From Terriglobia bacterium (GTDB lineage Bacteria; Acidobacteriota; Terriglobia; 20CM-2-55-15): DNA of 64,000 bases. The stretch covers positions 64,001 through 128,000 of the forward strand of contig CBDCLE010000024.1 of NCBI GenBank assembly GCA_965218585.1, written 5' to 3'. Made by a program: the position numbers and the translations under genes. The first letter of the stretch is position 1. The number at the start of each line of letters is the position of its first letter. The notes under the pieces were generated by a model. It worked only from the letters and a program-made list of their open reading frames with translations. It did not search any database and had not been told where the DNA came from. This document shows, piece after piece, positions 32,170 through 41,275 of this stretch.

Positions 32170-32330
32170 TTGCCTGGATTCTAGAGCACATAACTAGAAT
32201 TGCCCCGAGCTCGTTAACAACACTCGCCGGACGTTCCAAAGATAGGCCCTCTGACAACTCTGCAGGGTGTACACTGCCACGACCGGTCATTCGTTGCCCC
32301 AACATTCGAGTTTCCGAGGAGGTTTTGGCT

Positions 32331-32850
32331 ATGCGCAGCAGCATCAAAATGGTTTGCCTTTTGGTAGTTCTCACCGTCATGTGTGGTCAGAGTCTTGGAC
32401 AGTCCAACGCGATGGACGTGGTCGAGCGTGCCGCCGAGGCGCTCGGAGGCCGGGACCGGATTCTGTCTGTCGGGACTTTGAAAATCGAAGGCTACGGTCA
32501 ACAGGCCGGGCAGAACGGAGGGGGGAATCCTTCGGCGTCACCCGATGCGCCTCAGGTGTGGAACAACATTCAGGCCTACGAAAAGACGATCGATGTAAAC
32601 AACGAAAGGATGCGTGTCCGCTGGCGGCGCCAGGCCTTCCAGCAGACTGCGACGCTCAGCCGCGGCTTGGGCAACATCGTGCTGACCAATGTTCTGGACG
32701 GGAATATTGCCTATAGCGTGAGCGAGGACGGAGAAACCCAGCGCAGCAATGGTGCAGATAGTTTGAGAATCGAAATGCTGACCCACCCGGTTGTTCTGGT
32801 CCGCAAGGCGTTGGACTCCGCAACCCAGGTCAACAACCTGCGCGAGCGAT
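32331..32850 (+). pseudogene. 5' fragment of a large secreted protein (resembles N-termini of MBL-fold hydrolases)
   Basis: Signal peptide, AAEALGGRDRI, HPVVLVRKAL; then runs into an opposite-strand fragment. Confidence 0.55.
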
Positions 32851-33310
32851 TCGTCGATACAACTAAGGTGTTACCTTCCCAGTGACCAACCGAATATCCC
32901 AGCGGCGTTGGTAGAAAATTCTCAGTGCTGTCTGGTGTGTTCATCTGAATCCGACGAACTCCGTCCCACTCTTCCATCCGGATAACGATGATGTCGTCAC
33001 TTTCTTGTGCTAGCTCTATCGGATAAGGGGACGCCATAGCATCGACCATGCCAGGTGCTATACACCGCAACCTTGGATCATCGCTGGACGCATCCCACGC
33101 GATACTGGCGGCCTCTGCCGTCTCGGTACGCGCTACGGTCCATTGCTGAGGCTCGGAGTTACTCCAGACTCGAAAGATCCCATCGGCGTCTTCTTCAGCA
33201 GCTCTCACGCTGGCAAGTTCCAATGGATTTCGGTCCTCGAAATCGATGGTTTCATTTGACCAGCGGGCCGTTACGTTTCCTCCCATTAGTACTTCTCTTC
33301 CATCCGGCTG
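32845..33310 (-). pseudogene. Internal fragment of a DUF6152-fusion/companion protein
   Basis: PDGREVLMGG..RWS...DDPRLRCIAPG..PYPIE...SVGHWEGNTLVVST; both ends missing. Confidence 0.6.
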
Positions 33311-33528
33311 GGACCCGGACCGTCATGTTGCGCCGGGGATGGACAGAGGACATGATCAAAGTGGGGACCCAGGTGAGGATTAACGGCAATCCCGCTCGGG
33401 ACGGGTCGAATCTTATACATAGCCTGGAAATTATCCTTCAGGATGGCACTAGTCTGGACGGCGAGGACGTGGATCCACGGGCCAACGCTGACCGGTTTCG
33501 GAGGCGAATCCAAGGGAACCCTGACTGA
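33310..33528 (+). pseudogene. 3' fragment of a DUF6152-family gene
   Basis: MLRRGWTEDMIKVGTQVRINGNPARDGS..LQDGT; no 5' part. Confidence 0.6.
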
Positions 33529-33722
33529 CACAGGTCCGGAATGTACGCTAATTGGCCGCCTGCAGCCCGGAAGCGTGCGTGGGCTGGGGAAGGCGAACAC
33601 TCCCCTCGGGTCATAAACATTCATCCCCATCAACCCGACCAACTGCTTCACGTCCAATCGAAGCGCAGAAAACAACCGAGTGCCGTCACTGGACCACATC
33701 GGCCAAGGCTGTTTTTAAGGGA

Positions 33723-34112
33723 TCACTGACCCGACGTCAGGGTCAGCTTCGATGCAGGGCATTGTAATCCTTGATACATCGCACGCGCCGCAGGATTTCT
33801 CGCCGGACAGCCGACAGCTGTAATGGTTCGTCCCTCTTCCCAGCCCGGCTCATCGGTCATCTGATTACGGTTGCCACCGTACACGGTCCAGACCACTTTC
33901 TCGCCGCTCGGTTCTGTGACTTCAACCCGCATATAGGAGTGCGGGTTGACCAACCTCAACTCTATCACTGTCCCCGATATCTCAAACTGCTCCTCCACGA
34001 GATAGAACGCCGTGGTTGAATGGTGCGCGTGCACCGGAATTGTCAGGATCAGGACGAGACCCGCTAATACGACTGAAATAACTACTTTCATTTTTCTAAA
34101 CCTCCTTGGCAT
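33723..34112 (-). CDS. DUF6152-family secreted protein (C-terminus possibly aberrant)
   Basis: Signal peptide ending VHA-HHS, GTV..L.LVNPH, W, G..ITAVG.PAR. Confidence 0.75.
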   Translation of the reverse strand: MPRRFRKMKVVISVVLAGLVLILTIPVHAHHSTTAFYLVEEQFEISGTVIELRLVNPHSYMRVEVTEPSGEKVVWTVYGGNRNQMTDEPGWEEGRTITAVGCPARNPAARAMYQGLQCPASKLTLTSGQ

Positions 34113-34145
34113 GTTCTCAATTCCTCTCGTCAAAAGCGCCTCCGC

Positions 34146-34952
34146 CTATTCATCCGGATATTTCGGCAGAATCACCTGCAGCGGAAAGGCGGCGGACACC
34201 AGGTCGCAGTCAGTGATCCAGGTGATCTCCTGATCCGTCCGTTCGTATTCGAGGGTTTCTGTATAGGGCCGCGTCAGAAACACAGGATCCTCGACGGTCA
34301 GCACCATTCTCAGACGGTTGGGCTCGATGAGCGAATAACGCTCGGTGACACGCTTGGCCCACGAAGAGGGAACCTGCAACTGATAGTCCAGTCCATTGGG
34401 ATCAAACGTGAAGTTTGCCGTCTGAACGATGAAATCATTCCCTTCGTACCGGCCGACCGCATGTCCGTAGTAAGCGACATCGCCCGGCGGTGGTAACGGA
34501 CGGCCGTCTGTCCAAATGGTCCGGTCGATCGTAGACGCATTGCTCGCCTCAGACTCCCAAATGACGCGGTCCCCTCGCTGCACGATCCGTATGGGGTTGT
34601 TCCACCCAATCGTGCTGGGAATGGACTCGGGAACACAATAGAACTTGCCTTCAAGCGGCTCGTCATAAAATGTCCGCCACGCCCGGGTCCTCGCGTTGAT
34701 GTGATCGGACCAGTCAAACCTGCAGCCGAAACGAGGCAACTGTTGCTCGTCCTCTGGGATTACGAAGGAAGGACCGCACTCCGGCGGATTGGATCGGCTC
34801 ACCCGATCCCAGGTCCCGCTGATATCCGGTAAGTCGCCAATTTCTGCCGGCGACTGGGCCGCGAGATTCGTCGTACCGGATGTCAGAACGACTATTAGGA
34901 AACAGATCGCCAAGGTTCCCTTCCACACCGCGGGGTTCGATTCATTCAACAT
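34146..34952 (-). CDS. Secreted hypothetical protein, DUF6152 companion type
   Basis: PDISGTW, CVP, RTIWTDGR, YYGHAVGRYEG, VTERY, TVEDP..LTRP, C-terminal Cys. Confidence 0.8.
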   Translation of the reverse strand: MLNESNPAVWKGTLAICFLIVVLTSGTTNLAAQSPAEIGDLPDISGTWDRVSRSNPPECGPSFVIPEDEQQLPRFGCRFDWSDHINARTRAWRTFYDEPLEGKFYCVPESIPSTIGWNNPIRIVQRGDRVIWESEASNASTIDRTIWTDGRPLPPPGDVAYYGHAVGRYEGNDFIVQTANFTFDPNGLDYQLQVPSSWAKRVTERYSLIEPNRLRMVLTVEDPVFLTRPYTETLEYERTDQEITWITDCDLVSAAFPLQVILPKYPDE

Positions 34953-35062
34953 TATCTTGCTTTACCTCCGTTATAAAAACTCCTGTCAATCCATTCTTAT
35001 CTTTGAGCTTCAGACATGGCCGTACCAGTTCTGAACGAAGCGCGCCGCGCCCACCTCGGCGA

Positions 35063-36481
35063 CTACTGCGAACCGACCTTACCTCGGCCCGCCTCCCGCA
35101 GCCGTTCCGAGTCGTAGCCGACGCCGCCCTTGAACACGGTTACGACGTTGTAGATGTCGCTGGGCGTCTCGATCGGGTTCCCCCGTATGACCACGAGGTC
35201 CGCGAGCTTACCCGGCGCGATCGAGCCGAGCCGCTCGTCCTCGCCCAGGATGCGCGCGCCGTTGAGTGTGACGATCTGGACGGCCCGTTCCGGATCGAAG
35301 CCGGCTTCGAGCAGCAGCTCGTAGTTGCGCAAGTTGCCGAGACCTGGGAGGAAGCCCGTGCCCCAAGGGTCCGATCCGGCTCCCAACAATCCGCCGGCGG
35401 CGACGAACGCGCGCTCCCACTCCATCATCTTTTGGAAGAGTCGCCCGGGGACGGTGAAGTCACTTTCCGACAGGGCGGCGTGGTTCTCCTCAACCTCGCT
35501 GCGCACCTCGGGATCGAGTAACTCGAGTCCGCGGGGGTCGAGCTGCGCCCGGCCTGGAACGAACGTCTCGTACACGCCGAGCGTGGATACCACCGCCGAC
35601 CCGCCGGCGACGATCTCACGGATACTCTGTCCGACCGCGGCGTCATGCACATCGATGTCGGCTTGGATGCTCATGTTCTCGGGCGGGCACACGTCCGGTT
35701 GCTTATTCGGGACGTAGTCGCTGTTGGTGATGAAGCCGTGCTGCAGCGCGTCCAACCCGAGCGCGGCGGCCTCGGTGAATGTCACCGAGCACAGGTGCCC
35801 GGTCACACGAAGCCCGCGAGCGTGTGCCTCGTCGATCCCAGCGGCCAGCATCTCGCGAGAGACATTGCCCTGGAACTTGAACCAGGTCGCACCCTCGGTT
35901 CCCCAATACGCGATGACGCGCCGCACCTCCTCCGGCGTGGTCACGAGGCGGGCCCTGGACGCGCGCCACGGGCCGCCGTTCAGGTACGGGCCGGTGATGC
36001 GGAACCGCGGTCCGGGCAGTGCGCCAGCGTCAACGGCGCGCTTGAGGTTCAACTCTTCGTAGGGGAACATGCTACCCCCCGTCATCGCCGTGGTCACACC
36101 GAACGCGAGGTAGAGCAAAGGCCCGCTGGTGCTCATCTGGGTCATCTGCCGCACGCCGCCGAAATAAGTGTGCTCGTGAAGGCCGACGAGTCCGGGCAGC
36201 AGCGTATGATTCGTGAGATCCAGGACCTCGGCGCCCTCCGGAATCGGCGTGCTGGCGGCGGGGCCCACCGCATCGATGCGGTCACCGCGCACGATCGCCG
36301 TGTGATCGTCCAGCGCTGGACTGCCTGTGCCGTCTACCAGTCGCACATGGGTCAGCGCTACGACCGGCGCGTCGACTGACACAAACGGAGCGACGCCTGC
36401 GGGGAGCGGGGGCTCCTGCGCGACCAGGGGCGCGGTCGCTAGCAGCAATACAGCGATCTGTACCTGTGCAAACCGTGTCAT
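35063..36481 (-). CDS. Amidohydrolase family protein (secreted)
   Basis: LPGLVGLHEH, VTGH, LQHG, GSD, GSIAPGKLADLVV..GNP. Confidence 0.9.
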   Translation of the reverse strand: MTRFAQVQIAVLLLATAPLVAQEPPLPAGVAPFVSVDAPVVALTHVRLVDGTGSPALDDHTAIVRGDRIDAVGPAASTPIPEGAEVLDLTNHTLLPGLVGLHEHTYFGGVRQMTQMSTSGPLLYLAFGVTTAMTGGSMFPYEELNLKRAVDAGALPGPRFRITGPYLNGGPWRASRARLVTTPEEVRRVIAYWGTEGATWFKFQGNVSREMLAAGIDEAHARGLRVTGHLCSVTFTEAAALGLDALQHGFITNSDYVPNKQPDVCPPENMSIQADIDVHDAAVGQSIREIVAGGSAVVSTLGVYETFVPGRAQLDPRGLELLDPEVRSEVEENHAALSESDFTVPGRLFQKMMEWERAFVAAGGLLGAGSDPWGTGFLPGLGNLRNYELLLEAGFDPERAVQIVTLNGARILGEDERLGSIAPGKLADLVVIRGNPIETPSDIYNVVTVFKGGVGYDSERLREAGRGKVGSQ

Positions 36482-36615
36482 CGTGGGGCTCCTACCTTGA
36501 TGTTGGCCGAACTCTGAAGCGAACGCCACACCTCTCCCATTCCACCCCTACCGATGGCGGACAGGATCGTGTAGTGGCCTAGCTGAGTGGCAGATTCCAT
36601 TGTTTTAGAAGCGTT

Positions 36616-36638
36616 GTGCGGTCATAGACCGCACCTAC
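36616..36638 (-). repeat. GTAG-type REP palindrome
   Basis: Minus strand reads GTAG-GTGCGGTC-TAT-GACCGCAC. Confidence 0.65.
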
Positions 36639-37222
36639 AGAAAAACTCGGTAAAGAATACTAAGAGAGGGAGTTAGGTGCTATCAAATTCTCAAGTCTCG
36701 AGAAACGACATTGTTCGGACGTTGAAAAACCCCAGTAATTTGCACATTGCTTGTCCACCGGTCGGGAAACGATGGTGATGACAGACGATTGTTGCCAGGA
36801 GGTCCATCCTCCAGATTGTTGTCCGATCACCGTGTCACTTGGGAAGGAGCTCGGAGAAAGCCGACCACCCGAGCAAGAATATTCGCTCACGGCATGAACC
36901 GCGCCGAGGCTCTGTTTTGTAACGCTCTGTCGGTAAAGCTGTCCAACATTCGGCGAGTCGTGTGTTTTAGATTTTTGGCAAAACGACAATCTGATTTCTC
37001 CCAGACCCAGCAACCTCTAACTCGCTCCAGCGACACTCAGTTGACATAGCTCTCAGGTCACTTCCTGTGGCCCGAGCGAAACGCCGGTTCGCTTTCCTGA
37101 AAAATAGGGTGTAAGAAATGCCCCGTTCGGATCACTCATAAACGAAACGGAAAATGGGTTACCTGCAAGGCAGAGACACTCTGATCTAAAACATCAACGG
37201 CAAAAAAAGGAGAACTATTGCC

Positions 37223-37546
37223 ATGAAACGAATTTTCACAGTTTTTGCGACTCTGAGTCTGTTTGCTTTTCTCGGTGCAACTTCGCTTGATGCATCGATC
37301 TGGTTTGGCACTCGGTCGGTTCAACTAGACATCCCTGTCGATTTTCACATTGGCGATCAAGCGTTTCCGGCCGGTCAGTACAAACTGGACCGAGTACAGG
37401 GCGAACCCAGATTGGTCCAGATCTGGAGCGCTGACGGCAAGCGCAGTGCGTTCGCTTTCGTAACACCCGCTTCAGACGCAAAAGGAACACATGTCGTTTT
37501 CAGTTACAACGGTGAATCATACGACCTGTCGTCTTACGCCCGATAG
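37223..37546 (+). CDS. Small secreted beta-sandwich protein
   Basis: AGGAG RBS, signal peptide, DIPVDFHIGDQAFPAGQY, VVF...GESY.L. Confidence 0.8.
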   Translation: MKRIFTVFATLSLFAFLGATSLDASIWFGTRSVQLDIPVDFHIGDQAFPAGQYKLDRVQGEPRLVQIWSADGKRSAFAFVTPASDAKGTHVVFSYNGESYDLSSYAR

Positions 37547-37806
37547 TTGACCGCTCCGACATGTTTACTTTGCGGGCTCCGAAGGAACCTCCTGGAATTG
37601 GCAGTTCCATGGTGCTCCGGCGGATCTCGTGAAGTATCCGTGCCCTACCTCCTGTGCACAGACAAAAGGTAGGTCTTACAAGTCACTGACAAGCTCACTG
37701 ACTTGGCGATACGGAATTTCGCAGATCACCATCTCTTCCTCCCTCAGAAAATCCTTGTGATGAGATTCAGTACGGGTTCCCGGCTGACGCCGGAGTTCCC
37801 GAGTCT

Positions 37807-38850
37807 TCAAGCAGCCCAAGGAAGTAGCACGATGTTGCCGGCAACTTCGTTAGCGGCGATCACGCGGTGGGCTTCAGAAGCTTGGCTCAGATGGAGAACA
37901 CGGTCGAGTACCGGCCCGATCCGCCCTTCGCGAACCCGTTCCAGTCCCCATTTAAGATCTTTCAGGTCACTGGCCATGGAGCCCACCAGTCGTTTCTGGC
38001 TGAAGAACAGGCTGCGGATATCGAATCGGACCTTGGGGCCGGCGGCGAAACCGAACGCCACGATCGTTCCCAGGGGTTTTGCAGCTTCGATGCTCTTGGC
38101 CAAGACCTCGCCACCCAGATTGTCGATAACCACGTCTGCACCCCGACCGTCGGTCCAGTCCTGGATCTTCTTGCCGAGATCCTCGCCTCGTGTGTTGATG
38201 ACGAGGTCGGCGCCGAGCGAACGGGCAAGATCACCTTTTGCGTCGCTGCGCACAGTTGTTGCAACCTCTGCGCCCAGCGCTTTGGCGACCTGAATCTGCA
38301 TGCTGCCGGAACCGGATGCGCCGGCCTGAACCAGCACCTTGTCGCCCGTCTGGACGCCCCCCACCTCTCTGCCCCCCCGAACAGCAGTGGCGAGTGCGAC
38401 TGGAAGCGTTGCCACTTCTTCAGGCCGCAAGCCGGTCCGGTCCTTGATGAGCCATCGTGCGGGGATTTCGAAATACTGGGCATACGTGCCCGGAATGGCT
38501 AAACCTGGAAGCGCAAAACTGGATGCCGTGGCTGCCGGACTGACGTCATACTCTTCCACCTTCTGCGGATAACCGGGGGCCGGGATGACTCGTTCGCCGA
38601 CCGTGAAACCCTGGACGCCCTCTCCCAGTTCGGCTACCTCACCAGCGGCCTCGGAACCCAGGATGTGGGGGAATGGGAGTTCGGGCGCGATCGAACCTTC
38701 TCGAATGTAATGGTCCAAGCGCTGGATGCCTGCGGCGAGCACTTTGATCAGGACATGTCCTGGTCTCGGTTGCGGCGTCTGGATGTCTTCGTACTTCAAT
38801 ACGGTGGGGTCACCGAACTTGTGAATTACTGCTGCTTTCATTTTGGTCAC
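37807..38850 (-). CDS. MDR-superfamily (quinone oxidoreductase-like) NAD(P)H oxidoreductase
   Basis: PHILGSEAAG.V..LGEGV, AGASGSG, GADLVIN, GRGADVVID..G. Confidence 0.9.
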   Translation of the reverse strand: MTKMKAAVIHKFGDPTVLKYEDIQTPQPRPGHVLIKVLAAGIQRLDHYIREGSIAPELPFPHILGSEAAGEVAELGEGVQGFTVGERVIPAPGYPQKVEEYDVSPAATASSFALPGLAIPGTYAQYFEIPARWLIKDRTGLRPEEVATLPVALATAVRGGREVGGVQTGDKVLVQAGASGSGSMQIQVAKALGAEVATTVRSDAKGDLARSLGADLVINTRGEDLGKKIQDWTDGRGADVVIDNLGGEVLAKSIEAAKPLGTIVAFGFAAGPKVRFDIRSLFFSQKRLVGSMASDLKDLKWGLERVREGRIGPVLDRVLHLSQASEAHRVIAANEVAGNIVLLPWAA

Positions 38851-38953
38851 CTCGTTTAGTTGGGTTTCTGTCTCTTAGTGTTGTGATACCCGAAGGCGGC
38901 TAACTGCCTGCTCGGTGCGATTTGTTTTTCTTTCATACATTGCCTTGGTAAAG

Positions 38954-39078
38954 GCAACACGAGGACCATTTGCACTTCCTCAGTAACTGACTGATTTCAT
39001 TTGAATACCTAGCCTTGATGACCAACGATAAATCGTGATTCAACGAAATAGTAGGTGGACAAAACACGACATATCGTG
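38954..39078 (-). promoter_or_regulatory. Sigma54-type promoter with IHF site and two palindromic upstream activator sites
   Basis: Minus strand TGG-TCCTCGTG-TTGC (38968-38954, GG-N10-GC); AATCAGTCAGTTA (38996-38984); ACGATAAATCGT (39025-39036); CACGACATATCGTG (39065-39078). Confidence 0.65.
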
Positions 39079-39103
39079 ATATCAGCGCCGTTGAGGTGCT
39101 TCC

Positions 39104-39536
39104 ATGCGAGAGGGCGCACTGACACCCGACTTGATCAATGAGTTGACCCAGTACCGTCGCATTCTCAACAACATTCCAGCCGAGATCGGCGTATTCGACC
39201 CTGAGGGACGATTCCTGTTCAACACGCCGTCAGGAATCCGCAACCCTTCCGTTCGGGAGTGGGTGCTGGGGAAGACGCATCATGATTGGTGCCGGGAGCG
39301 CAACCACCCCATCGGGATTGCGGACAAGCGGCAGGCGATGATCGAGCACTGCGTTAATGAGAAGGAAACACAGACCAACGAGGAGGTGTGGACGGACAAG
39401 AACGGACGGGAGCTATTTTATGTGCGCACGTTCAGTCCGGTCGTTGACGAGCAAGGCAACGTAACGCACGTGCTGGGATATGGGCAGGAGATCACGGAAT
39501 TGAAGAAGGCCGAGGATGAACTCCGCAAGGCGCTAG
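39104..39536 (+). pseudogene. PAS/PAC-domain regulator truncated by IS1380
   Basis: ILNNIPAEIGVFDPEGRFLF...PVVDEQGNV..VLGYGQEITELKKAE; native sequence ends at CTAG 39533-39536. Confidence 0.8.
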
Positions 39537-41149
39537 CCCGCATGTTTCACCAGTCCGGCGATCAGGGGGATTTGGGCAGTAAGAATCGGATTCGGGAGGA
39601 TCTGGGTTCGAATTGGGCATGTGTGGCGTGACTCGGCGGTGTCGACAAGCGGGAGTTGCTGCGTTTTCGGGTTCAGAAGAGGGTGACGAAACGCACTGAG
39701 ACAAACCTCGGCGGAGCCGAAAAGAGCGAGTCGATTTTGGCGCAGGGGATCGGGTCGGTTCTCAGCAGCGCAGAGGAAGCGCCTGCAGGTTTCGATGGAC
39801 GAGGGCAAAGACCTCGGCGTAGGGATAGGCTTCCGACATGGAGATCCAGATGTTGCGAACCGTCAGACGGACTTGAGCTCCGATCTTGAGGAGCTTCAAG
39901 CGGATCGTCTGGCACTGAGCGCGGGCCAGATCGGTATTCTTCAGTCCCAGACGGCGTAACGCGTGCAGGAGCATGTAGGCGGCCGAGGACAGATAGAGCC
40001 GGAGTTGATTGGCGCGCATGGTTGCCGCGCTGGTCCGGTCGGCGAATAGATCCAACTGCTGTTCCTTGATGCGATTTTCCATGTCGCCCCGCGCACAGTA
40101 AAAGTCTTCATAGAGGGCGCGGGCGTCCAGGCGTTCCGGCGACAGTGAGGTCACAACGAATCGAGGATTGGCGCCTTTCTCCAGGAACTCGGCCTTGCCG
40201 ATGACGCGTCGGGTGCAGGTCCAGCTCTTCCGAGTGCGATACCGGAAATCGTTAAACACCCGCGCCGGTTTCCCGGTGTCGTTAAACTCGGCTTCGGCCT
40301 GACTCATCGATTCAGCGATCTCGCGCTTGAGCCGATCGTTCTTGGCCAGACCCACCACGTAATCGACCTGGTGGGCCTCGCACCAACTCAGCAATTCATC
40401 CCGGCAAAAGCCCGAGTCGGCCCGGATGATAATCGACACCTCCGGCCAGCTCTGCCGGATCTGGCCGATGATGCGGTTCAATTCCTCGACGGCGCCGTCC
40501 GCACCGTCGACATTGGAGCACCGCAACCGGGCGCATAGCAGATGCTCTCCCGAAAAGATGTAGAGCGGCAGATAACAGTAGTTGCCGTAGTAGCCGTGAA
40601 AGAACCGTCCTTCCTGATGGCCATGGATCGGATCATCGGTCGCATCCAGGTCCAGAACAATCTCCTCGGGCGCCGATCCGTGAGCCGCCACAAATGCATC
40701 CACCATCCAGCGGTCGATCTTGTCCGGGTCCATGGCCATCTTCTTGTACCGCTCCTTCCCATCGACTTGCTCCCCGGTCAGTTCCAACCGGTTCAGCGTA
40801 CACTTGCCCGCCAACGCTTTTCCCCGGTCTCGGGCCTGCCGCCGCTTCTCCCCCAGTGGATCGGCCTTATCCACCGCCACGGCCAGCATCGGATCGGTCC
40901 GCAGTTGGTCATGATCGTTCAGATCCTCGTAGCCCAGACAGAGTCCGTAGACGCGCTGCCCCAATAACTCGCTCACCGTGTGTTCGATCAACCTCGCGTC
41001 CCGGTAATCCCTGAAACACTCGGCCAGTCCGGCGATCAGACCCGTTCGCTTTTCCACTTCCCTCAACAGCAGAACCCCAGCGTCGGAGGTGATCTTTCCG
41101 CCGTCAAAACGCGCCTTCACTTTTCGTTGAAGAAGTCCGTGAAATTCGA
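39537..41149 (-). mobile_element. IS1380 copy 2, 5' end and left IR missing
   Basis: Near-identical to copy 1 from the right IR to ...GTGAAATTCGA, where an IS256 end begins. Confidence 0.92.
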
Positions 41150-41275
41150 GAGGTCATTACAAAAGGTGTGTAAAAGTCATCAGGCGGCGGCCTTCGATTT
41201 CATCACGACTCTGATGCCGTCAGCGAATTGCTGACCATCATAGACCTCTTGTAAGAGTTCGGATCCTTTTAAGTG
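41150..41275 (-). mobile_element. Right end (~126 bp) of IS256 type A
   Basis: Matches the sequence from 47603 (GAGGTCATTACAAAAGGTGTGTAAAAG...TTTTAAGTG). Confidence 0.88.

Noticed and set aside
36660-37200. Long intergenic region as an ncRNA or riboswitch
   Set aside because: No recognisable conserved motif or convincing structure found by eye.
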